From Bacteroidia bacterium (lineage in GTDB: Bacteria; Bacteroidota; Bacteroidia; NS11-12g; UBA9320): 64,000 nucleotides of DNA. Where the stretch lies: NCBI GenBank assembly GCA_965216465.1, contig CBDCFW010000005.1:544001-608000 (forward strand), given 5' to 3'. Shown here piece by piece: positions 29,001-40,600 of the stretch. Below the pieces are notes generated by a model. The model had not been told where the DNA came from. It worked only from the letters and a program-made list of their open reading frames with translations, and did not search any database. A program made the position numbers and the translations under genes. Each line of letters starts with the position of its first letter. Within the stretch, counting starts at the first letter, position 1.

Positions 29001-30385
29001 ATGAAAAAACTAATAATTTATTTTATAGCGATTGTCCTTATATCTTGCAAAGGACAGACTTCAGAAAATATACCAGCAGACTTGCTGATTAAAAACATTA
29101 CCTTGATTGATGGAACCGGAAGCAGCGCACGCTATAATCAAAACATCTACATAAGGGAAGGCCGAATTGTACAAATCGATACACTTACCAATTACTCAGC
29201 TGCGGATGCAGTTGTGGATGGTACAGGAAAGTATTTGATTCCAGGTCTTTTTGACAATCATTATCATCTGCATCGCGACTCTGCCGATCATCCTAGAATG
29301 CTTAAGCAACTTATTCACTTTGGAGTGACAAATGTGTTTATACCGGGAGGCTCACAGGTTCCTTACCCTACCCTGCTTCGAATCGATTCTCTTGAAACCA
29401 ATAATCTAGTAACTTCTCCTAAAATTTGGTATACCAGTCCCTATGTTACCCTAGAAGGTGCACACCCTATGAAGACTGCACCACATATAAAATGGCGGAA
29501 TGGAATTAACGTCTATATTTTGAAGGATAGTTCAACCATACCTAAAATAATAAGTGATGCCAAAGCAAATGGAGCCATTGGAATAAAAATAGAGATCGAA
29601 GACGGTCCTTTTCCGCCATTTGTTGAACGCATGGATACCGCATTGATTCGCAAAATATCTGAACAAGCTCATGCTAACAACCTTTTACTAGCTTCACATA
29701 TCAGTGATATGGAAGAAGTTAGATTAAGTGTAGAGCATGGTGTTGATGCCATAATGCACTTTGTGGATGCACCGATTGACTGGGAAAATGATCTAGACCT
29801 ATTTATGGAAATCAAAGAAAAGAATATCTCATGGGTAACTACTTTGAATATAGGCAATTTCCTTTACTATCCATTTCATCCGGAGTGGTTAGATACCAAA
29901 GAATGGGAGGTGTTTGACATTGAGAGAGAGGAGTTACGGGCAAATCAAGAGCAAACAAAGCAATTGGCTATTAATATCATAACAGGATATTTAAATATGG
30001 ATCTTGAAGAATGGGAAAACCATGTTTCGCCAAGGTTTAATGACGTACACAAACTAGATTCTCTTGGTAAAACATTGTACTTGGGACCGATCCGGGTTCT
30101 GTCACAGCGTATAATATAACGGGGCTCAATGTCCATGAAGAAATGCAGCACTATCAAAAAGGAGGGATGAACCCATTACGAATAATAAAATGTGCCACAC
30201 TTAATGCAGCAATCATGTTAGGCGTTCAGGAAGATTATGGAACCATAGAAGTAGGAAAGCATGGCAATATGGTTGTTCTACACGAAAATCCTTTAGAAGA
30301 CATTTCCAACACTTTATCTATAGATGTTGTAATAAAGAATGGAGAAGTACAAGAAAGAATTACAAATGCTAATGCTACTAATTAA
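29001..30385 (+). pseudogene. Amidohydrolase-family lipoprotein split by a 1-nt frameshift
   Basis: PGLFDNHYH in the first ORF; after ~30070 another frame reads NIVLGTDPG...VHEEMQ into ATLNAA...GTIEVGK...NPLEDI. Confidence 0.75.
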
Positions 30386-30569
30386 TAGTGGTTAAGGAGA
30401 CAAATCAAAAATCCGTGCAAAGCTGGAAGAACCTTGAGAAAAATGCCATACTTTTCATATACGATCCGTTTGGGTTCTGTTGGATCTGTTAACTCTTCCT
30501 ATCACTAAAAAAAATTAGACCACACCAATAATACTGACGGTTTTTCATTTTTGCGATTAGTTTTGCCGA

Positions 30570-31271
30570 ATGCCTAGACTACTTCTTCTCTTCGTCTTTC
30601 CATTCTTCATAGGTTGTGCCTCTCAACGTGGTTTTAAACCCGCAGACTCTTACAGATGTACGGTTTATAGTTACACCCATTTCTTTCGTGAGTTGCCTGA
30701 AAATGAGCGCTATATAGACAAAACAATGGATTATCAGAATGGTCACCTAATCAGCGAACAAGCCTTCGGGTTCGATGGTGACACAGGAGATCTAAAGGTT
30801 TACCACTACGATTCAAGGGGACTATTAGACTCGGTTATATGGCACCGGCCAGATGTAATCATCCGTATGGAATATTACTATAAGGAAAGTGAGCTTCACG
30901 AAGCATTCAATGTATATTTTGGCAAACGGGATCTAACAGAACGCCATATCAGAACAGACTCTTCTCACGAAGTGATGCACTACTTGGGAGGTCTTTTTGC
31001 AAACCGTGCTTTTCACTACTATAATGAAGAAGGTCAGAAAATACGGACACAGTTTATCAGTCCTGAAGGCAATGACTATGGCTATAAACTTTACCGTTAT
31101 AATGAACAAGGAAAATTATCTGAGATAATAGACTACAATAGCAAAGGGGATCTGAGTGAGACTTACACTTATTCTTATGACAAACGTCAAAATCTTCTTT
31201 GGGAAATCATCACGGATGGTAAAGGGAAACTAATCACAAAAAAGAAATTCGAATACAGTAATTCCAAGTAA
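30570..31271 (+). CDS. Lipoprotein with YD/RHS-like beta-hairpin repeats
   Basis: Lipobox FIGC; YHYDSRG, YYNEEG, YNEQG and YSYDKRQN repeats. Confidence 0.65.
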   Translation: MPRLLLLFVFPFFIGCASQRGFKPADSYRCTVYSYTHFFRELPENERYIDKTMDYQNGHLISEQAFGFDGDTGDLKVYHYDSRGLLDSVIWHRPDVIIRMEYYYKESELHEAFNVYFGKRDLTERHIRTDSSHEVMHYLGGLFANRAFHYYNEEGQKIRTQFISPEGNDYGYKLYRYNEQGKLSEIIDYNSKGDLSETYTYSYDKRQNLLWEIITDGKGKLITKKKFEYSNSK

Positions 31272-31272
31272 G

Positions 31273-31373
31273 ATGGAAGCTATAGACATTCGAATCGCCT
31301 TGTACAGTTAGGGTTAATCCCCGTGAAGTGACTAAAGATGAGGTCATGGATTCTATCTTTACTCGGTTTTGTA
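31273..31373 (+). pseudogene. Degenerate copy of the last ~33 codons of mnmE (old att remnant)
   Basis: Aligns with 6376-6478; reads MEAIDIRIALY/LGLI/EVTKDEVMDSIFTRFC with indels and many synonymous changes. Confidence 0.85.
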
Positions 31374-31396
31374 CCGAATATTAGCTACTGCAACGT

Positions 31397-31783
31397 TTAT
31401 TTTATTTGGTCCTGGTTGTATTCGCCTTTATAAAGCCTCTCCTCTTCGTAAATCTGGTTTTCACAAATATCAAATCTTAATTTCAATCCATCTCTAAATC
31501 GAAATACGATGTTACATGAATCTTCTTTGCTTCCGTTACCAATAATAAATTTATCGTCCTTGAATAAGTAGAAAGGGTAGTAGTAACCCCCCGCCACGCC
31601 TAAACATTCATACTCTTGTATCTTATAATTATCGATTTTCCATTCCTTATCTGTTTCTTCACATTCTGCAGAAAACGATTCGGTAAATATATCAAATACA
31701 TAATTCGTAGCAACAGCAAAAATCGCAGCTACTGCAATGAGTGAAAGCAACGAGATTAAAGTTATTTTTAACGCTTTATTCAT
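31397..31783 (-). CDS. Hypothetical membrane-anchored protein
   Basis: Likely start MNKALK (31783) followed by a TM helix; the ORF track extends to 31891. Confidence 0.55.
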   Translation of the reverse strand: MNKALKITLISLLSLIAVAAIFAVATNYVFDIFTESFSAECEETDKEWKIDNYKIQEYECLGVAGGYYYPFYLFKDDKFIIGNGSKEDSCNIVFRFRDGLKLRFDICENQIYEEERLYKGEYNQDQIK

Positions 31784-31955
31784 TTCTTTGGTCCAGTCGC
31801 TTCTAAGATAGCTAATTGCCTTTGAATATCTGTATCGCTTGAACATTAAGGTAGTTTTAGAATGCGAATCTAAAGAGATCGTAACTTGCAAGAGTTAGTG
31901 CAATAGCACCTAAATTTGTGACATCTCAACAAGGCGGGGGTGTAAAAACAACAAG

Positions 31956-32978
31956 ATGAAGGTACTTAAGAATAGAACAATAGAAGGAAGTATGAAAGCA
32001 CTGATCCTTACAGATTTTGGTGCTCCATTGGAGGTTCAGGAAATTCCCATCCCCAAACCAAAAAAGGGACAAGTTTTGATTCACATGCTGCACTCTCCCA
32101 TCAACCCATCTGATGATAGTTTTGTTCGAGGTGAATACAGCTCTGAGAAAACACCTCCGGTTATCCCCGGATTTGAAGGTGTAGGCGAGGTAATTGCATC
32201 AGGCGGTGGATTCATGGCCAATCGAGTACTTGGAAAATATGTTGCTGGTTTTGCACCAACCGACAGCAATGGAACGTGGGCAGAATACATGGTTACCGAT
32301 GCCAACTTGGTTGTTCCAATTCACAAAGACCTTGATAAGGAACAGGCTGCCATGATGTTTGTAAACCCACTTACAGCTTATGCCTTTGTTGATATTGCCA
32401 AGAAGAAAAAGGCCAAAGCCATTCTAAATTCACCCGGTGCTGGTGCTTTGGGAAGAATGCTACAACCGATGTGCGATCGTCAGGGAATTGAGTTGGTCAA
32501 CCTTGTCAGAAGTGAGGAGCAGGTAAATCTTCTCAAAAGCTCAGGTAGTAAGTACGTCTTGAATTCAACATCACCTACTTTTCAATCCGATCTGAAATCA
32601 ACCTTGAAAAAGCTCAATGTTAAACTGGCATTTGAATCAATAGGTGGCGAACTGCCAAATGTTTTGTTAAACGCCATGCCAGCTGGAAGTGAAGTAAAGG
32701 TGTACGGAAGACTCTCCGGCAAAGATTCTGGAATTACGAATGGAGCTCTAATCTTTGAGAAGAAATCAATAAGTGGTTTCTGGTTATCTCAATGGATCAC
32801 AACAAAAAACCCGATTCAACTGTTGATGATTTTCAATAAAATCCAAAAATTCCTTACCAAGGACCACCACGTCACCATCCATAAAAAACTTAGCTTAACC
32901 GAAGTTCAGGATGGGCTAGCGGAATATATGAAATCGATGTCCAAAGGCAAGATGCTTGTCAGTCCAAGGAAAGATTAG
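31956..32978 (+). CDS. MDR-family NADPH:quinone/enoyl reductase-like oxidoreductase
   Basis: PINPSD, PGFEGVG, GTWAEY and VNPLTA motifs; start may be 31992. Confidence 0.85.
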   Translation: MKVLKNRTIEGSMKALILTDFGAPLEVQEIPIPKPKKGQVLIHMLHSPINPSDDSFVRGEYSSEKTPPVIPGFEGVGEVIASGGGFMANRVLGKYVAGFAPTDSNGTWAEYMVTDANLVVPIHKDLDKEQAAMMFVNPLTAYAFVDIAKKKKAKAILNSPGAGALGRMLQPMCDRQGIELVNLVRSEEQVNLLKSSGSKYVLNSTSPTFQSDLKSTLKKLNVKLAFESIGGELPNVLLNAMPAGSEVKVYGRLSGKDSGITNGALIFEKKSISGFWLSQWITTKNPIQLLMIFNKIQKFLTKDHHVTIHKKLSLTEVQDGLAEYMKSMSKGKMLVSPRKD

Positions 32979-33132
32979 TGTGGTAGACGTCATAAAAGTA
33001 TTGATGACATATGGTCAATTACATAAAAGGAGTTGTGTTTAAACTTATTAAGTCCTTAATTGACCCTAATATGAACTTTTACACCTAACAGCCAATCTGC
33101 CTATGGTTCGACTCTGCTTTGATTGCCCAGAT

Positions 33133-34398
33133 TTAAATTAGTTTAGTGAAGAACGATTTAATCTCGTCTTGTACATATGAATCACCTAAAATGCTTGAAC
33201 ATAACTCATCCCACTTACTCATTCCTGATTGAATTTCTTTAATAATCTTCTTGGGGTTCTTGATCGTAAACTCATCTGCCAGTTTCATCACATCCTCCAA
33301 CCCTATATCAACTCTTTTCTCGTTTATAGACAATGCCCTCTTCACCGTTAAATGCATGTTATAAACATTGAATGGAAAAGTTACATCATAAGCTGGTGCT
33401 AGATTCCAGGTATTTCTTTTATCGTTGTAAATAAAACTATGATTTTTGAGGTGATCATCATAGTTGGAGAACACAACATTAAAAACCATTCGTCGAAACA
33501 ATTGTTCGATATCACTATGAGGTATTCCTAGGTCGACACTGAGTTGGAAAAGCGTTTCATAGGAAGAATAAGTTGAATCTATGAAGTCATAACCGGTTAA
33601 ACCTGTTGCTGTTAGAACATGTTTCTTTTCGCCATTGATGCGATCAAATCTCGTGGTAGCAAAATGCTTATTACCAATCAACTTAGACTCCATCATTTCT
33701 ACCCCAACTGATCTAGCGATTAAGTAATAGACATATTCTACTTGAAGCCTGTTATACTTGCTTTCGTCTTCTAAATACAACTTCACTAGAAGGTGATTGT
33801 ATCGGTCGGATATCTCCAAATCGCCAGGAATAATTTGTCCTGTTTGTTTATCTTCTGAAATCAATATTTTAGGTAATGCTCCTCCAGCTGATGTTCCAAT
33901 TTTAAATACATTTAGTAACATTAAATCATTCAAGGCTGGTTGTTGTGTAGCGTGCTTCAATTCCATAACCTCCTTAAGCACCATAGATATTTCTTCAATA
34001 TCTATTTTCCCGGCTTTCGGGAGTTCCTTCGCCGGGGCATATTCCAAAGCTCCCATCCCACGATTGGAAACATATGTAAGTAATTCTACTGGTGTAATCT
34101 TGTTATATGGAATTCCTTTGCTTCGAAACCATTCTTGGAAAATAATATTTCCGAACATATCGGGAAGTGAGTCTGCTATCATAGGTGGCAGGCCTTTAAA
34201 ACTTTCGGAGTTGTACCTTTTGAATAGTTGAATCTGATCGATCCTTTTTATAATATATGGAAATATTCTCGAGTACATCCCAGAATTTAAGAAAGACGGA
34301 TTATATTGAAAAGCACTTAGATTTCGATTGACATCATAACTCACTTTGCCTACTTCATGTCCAAAAATGCTTATTTTAACTGTGTTTCTTTTTTCCAT
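33133..34398 (-). CDS. hipA: HipA-family Ser/Thr kinase toxin
   Basis: DSLPD, GMGALEY, GTSAGGALPK, NYDDHLKN and APAYD motifs. Confidence 0.9.
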   Translation of the reverse strand: MEKRNTVKISIFGHEVGKVSYDVNRNLSAFQYNPSFLNSGMYSRIFPYIIKRIDQIQLFKRYNSESFKGLPPMIADSLPDMFGNIIFQEWFRSKGIPYNKITPVELLTYVSNRGMGALEYAPAKELPKAGKIDIEEISMVLKEVMELKHATQQPALNDLMLLNVFKIGTSAGGALPKILISEDKQTGQIIPGDLEISDRYNHLLVKLYLEDESKYNRLQVEYVYYLIARSVGVEMMESKLIGNKHFATTRFDRINGEKKHVLTATGLTGYDFIDSTYSSYETLFQLSVDLGIPHSDIEQLFRRMVFNVVFSNYDDHLKNHSFIYNDKRNTWNLAPAYDVTFPFNVYNMHLTVKRALSINEKRVDIGLEDVMKLADEFTIKNPKKIIKEIQSGMSKWDELCSSILGDSYVQDEIKSFFTKLI

Positions 34399-34401
34399 TT
34401 A

Positions 34402-34665
34402 TTAGTATAAAGATTCAACACTGTCATCCTTTAAATCTGCATCCAGATATTGATAGATTTCTTGTAGAAGTCCAAACTCCTTTAAAACCTTAAAAACCGT
34501 ATTTAGTGTTGCGTTACCTCCTTTTTCAAATTTTATAATAGTCAAGGTAGAAACGCCGATCAATTCAGCCAATTCTTTTTGAGACATTCCATACCTAATT
34601 CTTTTTGATCTTGACCAAACTCCTAAAAGTGACTTCACATTTTTTATTGTTACAGATTGAAACAT
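34402..34665 (-). CDS. hipB: HipB-like XRE antitoxin
   Basis: MSQKELAELIGVSTLTIIKFEKG HTH directly upstream of hipA. Confidence 0.8.
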   Translation of the reverse strand: MFQSVTIKNVKSLLGVWSRSKRIRYGMSQKELAELIGVSTLTIIKFEKGGNATLNTVFKVLKEFGLLQEIYQYLDADLKDDSVESLY

Positions 34666-34672
34666 ATAAAAA

Positions 34673-34695
34673 GTATATTATAATATACAAATTTA
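34673..34695 (-). promoter_or_regulatory. hipBA promoter with palindromic operator
   Basis: Perfect palindrome GTATATTATAATATAC (34673-88) abutting minus-strand TAAATTTG (34688-95). Confidence 0.55.
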
Positions 34696-34892
34696 CTAAA
34701 AATTTGATATAATATATATTTTAATATATTATTATAATAATATGACAGTAGCATTTCAGCATCAACACCCCCTCATTATCAGCCTAAAGCTTACCTCTGG
34801 CTAGCATATAAAATACTAAAATCTGGCCCTTGGCACCCCTACCAAATAATTAGAATGATCTTTTTACTAATCTTGTGGTGTAGGATTTATTA

Positions 34893-35576
34893 ATGTCAGA
34901 CAAGCCGAAATTAAAATATGTAATTATTGATTCTGATCGCGATGCGAACAAGGCATTGACTGATATTATGCATCTACACTACCCAAAATATAAAAAAGAC
35001 TTTGAGTACGCCCGTGGAATTGATGATATCCCCCACTTCATATCCAAGAACATTGATCCAGTTTTTATTAACATTGAGGATGCTGAAATTGATGGTTTTA
35101 ACTTGGTTCTTAAACTACAAAATGAGAAATTCAAAGGAAACATCATACTAGTAAAAGGAAATGCTCACAACCCTATACCTCAAAAAGTGATTGAAGCACT
35201 TCAAGTCGTATTATTAATAGGCAAACCTTATGATATAAAAGACTGTCTTATCGCAATAAAGCAGTCTGAACCCATTGGGGAATTTCGATTAGATTTCAAT
35301 ATACTGGACTTATTTGATCTGGACCAAAGTCAAAAGGACATTATAGCCCTCGCATTATTAGGGTATCCCTCAAATCTTATCGGTGCTGTTCTATTTCCAG
35401 AGAAGGAATCCTCTGCCGCGAGTAGAGCAATTAGAGATATAAGGTCAAAACTTATAAAGAAGATTGCAACAAGCCAAAATCACATTGCTGATCAAGAGAA
35501 AAAATATAGAGATTTTACTGACTTACTTCAACTTAAACCACATTTACTAAGGAGTCGCAATAAGAAGAAATTATGA
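34893..35576 (+). CDS. Atypical response regulator (pseudo-receiver + LuxR-like HTH)
   Basis: YVIIDSD, PVFINI (Asn at the phospho-Asp position), GKPY; C-terminal LDQSQKDIIALALLGYPSNLIG. Confidence 0.6.
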   Translation: MSDKPKLKYVIIDSDRDANKALTDIMHLHYPKYKKDFEYARGIDDIPHFISKNIDPVFINIEDAEIDGFNLVLKLQNEKFKGNIILVKGNAHNPIPQKVIEALQVVLLIGKPYDIKDCLIAIKQSEPIGEFRLDFNILDLFDLDQSQKDIIALALLGYPSNLIGAVLFPEKESSAASRAIRDIRSKLIKKIATSQNHIADQEKKYRDFTDLLQLKPHLLRSRNKKKL

Positions 35577-37609
35577 AAAAACAAAGAAGAAGACTGATAT
35601 TAGGAATAACGCTTATCATAGCATTAGGGACTTTTTCGATTCTAATCATTCCCCATTTTTTTCAAAAACATGAGATTGTTAGTGTTTTGGAGACCATTCA
35701 GCTAACTGAAGACGAACAAGTAGAGTTTGCCGACCTTGATGGTGACTCTATTGTAGAATTGTTCAGAGGAAGGAGGTTTGAAGAAGATGAAATAATAAAT
35801 AATAGTATTCAATTTAGAGACTTGAGTGGCAAAAAGCCACAAAGCTTGCTAGAGCAAATAAATTTCACAGAGCTACTGGTTGGAGAAAACAAATTCTTTG
35901 TTACCGAAGCCGATAATAAAAAAGGTGCTGAACTTTATGTGGCTGTTCCCAAACAAAATAACCTCTATCTGCATATTTATACACATAATTTTGAGACGGG
36001 GAGATATCCTCAAACCCCTGATACTACAATTCTTATTGATTCTTTTTTCCGATACAGAGGTGCCCCAGCTTTAAATATGAGACATGAACTTACGACAGAT
36101 TACGATTCCAATGGGTCAAATGAATTGTATTTCTCGGTAATGGGAAGCTATTCTATTTACCCAAGAAAACACTACAAATTGGACTTAGGTACGCACAAAT
36201 TGACTTCAACTGAGTCTGTATGTTTTCTAAGCAGAATCTCTGATACTGCCAACTTTAAAGGCAAAAAGGTGTTCTTAACAACCGTAGGGTCGACAGGAAA
36301 CGATAAACCTTGGTTTAATATTCCTTATTCCGACTATTATAGTTGGCTTTACATCTTTGACCAAGATTTAAGATTGGTTAATGAACCAAAAAGATTTGGA
36401 TACTTTCCATCTAGTATCAAGTGTTATTCATATACCGACACAACCATATTAGCTTTGTATAACGATTCTACGGGCTATATCTTGGCTACGCTAAAATTTG
36501 ATGGAACTACAATTGATTCAATAAAAATTTCAGGTAAAGCTGATTTATTCAAATGGAACGGATCATTTTTCATAACAGATAAAAAAACAAATATTTACGA
36601 GGTAGATGATAAACTAAGACTAAATCACTCTAACTCTTTCGACAAAGTTAACGAGGTCCAATACATTGTAGATTTAGACAAAAATGGTTATGAAGAAATA
36701 CTCTATTTTAATCGACAGTTCGACGCTTTATTGATTGTCGATGGCAAAACTCACAGAGTTACTGAATTGCCATTCAACATAGTAAACAATATGAGTTATC
36801 CAATAAAGTTCTTAGAGCATGATGATGAACTGGCAATATCCATAATTGACAATAAACATCAACTCAAGTTCTTTAAGTATCAGAAAGTTGAGAATCGAGG
36901 TCAAATCATTAAAATTATATTGTTAGTTCTTTTGTTTCTTGTTACGCTAGTTGTTCTAACCCTTACTTTACAGCATCGATATTTGCAAGTTCAGCTTAAA
37001 AGAAAAAATGAAATTCACAGGCTACAATTTAACGGAATTTTGTCTGAACTGGAGCCTTACTCAGTACTAAACAACCTGAAATTCATCTTCGAGGGTAAGT
37101 TGTATAAGAATGAAGCATTATTGGAGGAGTACCTCAATAAATTCACAAAAATCTTTGCCCAATCTATCTCAAACTCATCAGAAATTCATTCTATCCTCAA
37201 CGATGAGATTATCCTAATTGAGAATTATTGTAGGGTAGAAGAAATCAGGAGAAGAAACTCCATATCATTAAGCATTAAGTCCAACAATTTGGTTAATAGG
37301 CATCAAATTATTCTACCAAGAAATTTACTTTACACTTTTGTCAAAGCCTCACTTGCAAGCAATGACAAACTTAGCAGTGGAGATATTCGAATAAAAATTA
37401 GTATTGAAGCGAACAAGAATCAAAAGATAATTCAGGTTCAACTTTGTAATTCTGTTGAGAAATCCTTCAATGATAATATAATAACAGATCTTAGTACAAT
37501 TTCACGTCTCTATTCTCAAATCACGGAATCAACAGTAACTGTTGAAGCTCATGACCACGATGCATCTTGCGAGACAACCCCAAGAGGAATTAGGGTTATT
37601 TTAGAATAA
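35573..37609 (+). CDS. Degenerate LytS-type sensor kinase with periplasmic FG-GAP-like propeller
   Basis: Two TMs; DLDGD, DYDSNG and DLDKNG repeats; ELEPYSVLNNL in place of QxNPHFxFNxL; LNDEIILIENYCRVE. Confidence 0.7.
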   Translation: MKKQRRRLILGITLIIALGTFSILIIPHFFQKHEIVSVLETIQLTEDEQVEFADLDGDSIVELFRGRRFEEDEIINNSIQFRDLSGKKPQSLLEQINFTELLVGENKFFVTEADNKKGAELYVAVPKQNNLYLHIYTHNFETGRYPQTPDTTILIDSFFRYRGAPALNMRHELTTDYDSNGSNELYFSVMGSYSIYPRKHYKLDLGTHKLTSTESVCFLSRISDTANFKGKKVFLTTVGSTGNDKPWFNIPYSDYYSWLYIFDQDLRLVNEPKRFGYFPSSIKCYSYTDTTILALYNDSTGYILATLKFDGTTIDSIKISGKADLFKWNGSFFITDKKTNIYEVDDKLRLNHSNSFDKVNEVQYIVDLDKNGYEEILYFNRQFDALLIVDGKTHRVTELPFNIVNNMSYPIKFLEHDDELAISIIDNKHQLKFFKYQKVENRGQIIKIILLVLLFLVTLVVLTLTLQHRYLQVQLKRKNEIHRLQFNGILSELEPYSVLNNLKFIFEGKLYKNEALLEEYLNKFTKIFAQSISNSSEIHSILNDEIILIENYCRVEEIRRRNSISLSIKSNNLVNRHQIILPRNLLYTFVKASLASNDKLSSGDIRIKISIEANKNQKIIQVQLCNSVEKSFNDNIITDLSTISRLYSQITESTVTVEAHDHDASCETTPRGIRVILE

Positions 37610-37660
37610 ACTTAGCCATGGTAGGGGTGCCATAAAAATGAGTTGAGTTGAAAAATACAT

Positions 37661-40600
37661 TTGTTCTTACAATTAAAGGAATGTACAACAAAACTCATTT
37701 TACGCATGAAGACACTCAACCAATTTGCAAAAAAAACAGTAAAGAATTCGGTTAAACCAGCTCTCATAACCTTAACTTTTTTCCTCCTGTCATTGTATTC
37801 TTTTGGACACTCTGGAATTGTAGTTCTAGTGAAAAGCGGATGCAACGAATTCTATCTATGTGTTGGCAATTACCACAGTATAGCTGATGCACGTGACGCA
37901 ATTAAAACTGGAAACTCCGGTGTATACCTTGACATTGGGAGAGACGGCTTTCTTGACTCCTGCTGTAATGGAGGGTCAGCTATTGGTTCTGACTTTATTC
38001 CATTTGAGTCCAGTTTTGACTCAAAAAGGGATACTGCATGGCAATATATAGGATCTCGACAAATTGAAGAACTTCTTTCTTACTTTAAAAGTAGTTCACA
38101 GTATAATCCAAATTCCAATAAATCATTCACTAGTCAAACCATCTGGCTCAATGCTGGATGCCATAGAGGCTTAGACAGCTGGTTGATCCTTAAAATTGAT
38201 TCTGCTCTAGTACCATACTATAAGTATAAAGCTCGAGTAGGTGATGCATCATATGTCGAGCGGCCTTGCGGCGGAGCATCACCTGAATTTTCTGTTGAAT
38301 ACAATCCGGGTGATGTTTCTTTAAGTGCATCAGACTCAATTATTTGCCCAGCAGACTCTATTCTCTTGGTTGCCGAGGACACACTTAATATCAAATGGTA
38401 CAAAGGAACAACCCTTATCAATGGAGTTAGTGACTCATTATACATTACAGATCCAGGTTCCTATTTCTATACGATCGATAGCGGATGTAGAGTTAAGAGA
38501 AGTAACTCGGTATTTATAAATCTTGATACATCAGGTCCAGTATCGATCGGAAAGGATACGGTTGTGTGCAACGGAAAAGAGTTCTCCTTAAGTCTGAAGT
38601 CAAGTTTTATACCCATAAGTTGGAGTTCTGACCGGTTTGATTCAACATTATTTGTGGATTCTACTCAACAGATTTGGGTTGTAGCCAGAAATATCAATTC
38701 GGGCTGTATTTCATCTGACACAATACAAGTAAATTTCCAATACGTCACAATCGATCTCGGACCAGATACCTTCATGTGTTCCAATACACCATTCGAATTA
38801 AAATCGCACAACACAAATTATGCTCATATGTGGAGCACTGGGGACACAACCAGTGCAGTGCTGGTAGATAAAGAACAGCTGGTAATTCTAACCGTTATGG
38901 ACAGCCTCAAATGTAAATTTTCGGATTCAATTTTGGTTTCAATACACCCTATACCTGTCCCAAATATGCTCAGCTCATCAGAGCTAGTACAATGTTATGA
39001 TAAGAATGAATTTTCTTTCAATTCAAACTATAATAAAGAAATAAAGGCCAAGAACTTTTGGTATTTGAACAACAATTTTATTAATCAAGGTCTCGACTCA
39101 ATCCATATTGAGAATCTATCAGTAGGTGCATATAGTGTTAAGGTTGTTACTAGGTCAGAGTTCGGGTGTTCTGATTCTTTCGTGAAAATTATTGAGGTGT
39201 TACCTAGTCCCCAATCAAATATCGCATGGATCGATTCAAACTTTTGCTTTGACGAAAACTATATTCAATTGCAATCCCAGACTAACAATGATACTCTCGG
39301 TGAGCAGATAGCTTGGTTAATCGGCTCAAATAAAATTGGTCAAAGCAAAAACCTAGACTTCAGTTTTACCAAATCTGGAGTAGATACAATAAAACTTTGG
39401 ATTCATAATACTTATGGTTGTAGCTCAATTGATACTGTATCTATTACAATTCACCCTAGTCCAAAGGCTGATATTCAGGTAAGTCGAGACCACTACTGCT
39501 TGAATGATGAAGGATTTCAATTCAAATCCGAAAGCAAAATACAGTCGGGCATAATCGCTATGCACAACTGGCAGTTCAGTGATGGCACTTCTGATTTTGG
39601 GGATGTTCTTCCTGCAAAGCAATTTGATCAGAGTGGGTTTTACAATGTATTACTTCGTGTAACTTCTGATAAAGGCTGTAATTCATCTGACTCTTTGCTT
39701 GTACGTGTAGACCCTCTTCCCGAAGTCAGTATTAGTATTAACCCAGTCTCTCAACACTGCCTTAATGAAAATAAATTTCATTTACAGAGCAGCACAAACA
39801 TATCTGGAGGTCTGGTAACAGAATGGATGTGGAGCATCGACAATCAAGTTTATCGATCTCCAAATGTCTCGAATGTTACCTTTTTATCAGCTGGCACAAA
39901 ACCTATTGAGCTTCAGGTTTGGTCAGATAAAGGATGTACTCAATTTGCACACAACGAACTTGAAGTTTACACCAACCCTGAACCATTATTCTCTGTTGAA
40001 GATGTGTGTCTTCGGCAAAGTGCAAACTTTAATAATTTAACTCCGACGCCACATGGCCAGATTATTCATAAGTATTTATGGGATTTCGGCGACCTTCAGA
40101 GTTCAACGAAAGAGCAACCTCGACATATGTACGTTCAGCCTGGTCATTATGATGTTTTACTTCAAGTTGAAACTGATAAGGGGTGCATTGGAATTTCAGA
40201 TATAACGATTATCGATGTACATCCATTACCAGAAAGTCAGTTTACTTCGAACATGACCTATTCATGGGAAAAGATTTCTGAACTTAAATTCACAGATAAC
40301 AGCGTGGGTTCAAACGGAAACGCGTGGTACATAAACCGATCTGCTGTGGCATATAATCGTCCGGAATATTATTATTCTTTTCAAGACACTGGATTATTTC
40401 TAGTCAGTCTTGAAGTAATAAATGAGTACGGTTGCAGAGATACCAACACAAAAGAAATTTTTGTTTTCCCCGACCCTAAATTTGAAATGCCAAATGCGTT
40501 TACTCCTTTTAGCAGCTATGGACTAAATGATCAATTCAAACCAATCGGACTAGTAGTGGCAAAACACTACTCTCTGCAAATTTACAATCGTTGGGGTGAG

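Noticed and set aside
28841-29092. 83-aa ORF overlapping the amidohydrolase start
   Set aside because: TTG start, out-of-frame overlap and no motif; probably spurious.
28470-33133. Integron-like cassette array
   Set aside because: No convincing attC sites, mixed gene orientations, and the integrase does not look like IntI.
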